Shown here: in pieces, positions 63,601 through 64,000 of the stretch
How positions within the stretch are numbered: the first letter of the stretch is position 1
Layout of the letters: the number at the start of each line of letters is the position of its first letter
Program-made: the position numbers and the translations under genes
Notes under the pieces: generated by a model
The model's input: the letters and a program-made list of their open reading frames with translations, nothing else
Told to the model about the DNA's origin: nothing
Databases searched by the model: none
Origin: Eledone cirrhosa
Taxonomy: Eukaryota
Assembly (NCBI GenBank): GCA_964016885.1
Contig: OZ024743.1
Coordinates: 283,464,001 to 283,528,000, forward strand
Length of the DNA: 64,000 nucleotides
Direction of reading: 5' to 3'

Positions 63601-64000
63601 GTGGTCCGTGTAGCTGACTATCTTGAATTGTGGACAGCCTATGCTAGACCTATCTATTTCCCTACAAAATACTCTATCTAGATATGATCTGGATGACCCT
63701 ATGCGATTTGTCCAAGTCCTCATTCGGGAAATCCAATCGGTACCTGTCAGACAGGTCAAAACGCCTGAGCAGGTTGGTGAGGCTCTTGCACCCTCCTCCC
63801 CTATCCGCTGATCCCACACAGTCCCAGTGTGCATCTAAGATCCCGTTCCAGTCACCCACTAACACTAAAGAGCGGGACGTTCCAAGAAAGGTCTCCAGAC
63901 GCCGGAAGAAATCAGGCCGCCCTGCTCCTAGACGGCCACTAACCTGAAAGGTTGCCCGTCCGCTGGTCACGTCTAGCACCACCAACTTACCTTCTGGGTC
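60652..64000 (-). mobile_element. Tx1/L1-clade LINE ORF2, decayed, runs off the window end
   Basis: APE: VGDWNGILD, SYLDRVF, YTDHKFV, GYWKLN; RT: INLDQSKAFDRVDH, SVRQGCPLS, AYADNV; C-terminal CPRC..ETVLHALIQC; frameshifts; (ATT)n tail. Confidence 0.92.

Overview
AT-rich animal genomic DNA with no complete host gene. The repeat content (tRNA-headed SINEs, RTE LINEs with (GAT)n tails, abundant TA/CA/CAT microsatellites) suggests a coleoid cephalopod such as Octopus; this is inference. The window holds one RTE LINE with an uninterrupted ORF (APE, RT and a PHD-type finger), many truncated RTE copies, two CR1 fragments, a decayed Tx1/L1-clade LINE, two SINE families, piggyBac and mariner-like MITEs, and Helitron ends. 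The least obvious layer is a dense set of Penelope-like element (PLE) remnants sitting in (TA)n tracts. These include long palindromes (inverted pLTRs), a GIY-YIG cassette between inverted repeats, a tandemly duplicated Naiad-like RT/GIY-YIG fragment with hairpin caps, and more than ten type I hammerhead ribozyme (HHR) or HHR-like motifs read by eye. Two of these motifs form a tandem pair 322 nt apart with a U3-A8 core variant, which is a retrozyme-like layout. Several palindromes are centred inside a hammerhead. Weak splice signals suggest the window may be the 5' intronic region of a minus-strand gene. Coordinates and folds were determined manually and element boundaries are approximate. Most ORFs in the supplied track are microsatellite or antisense artefacts.
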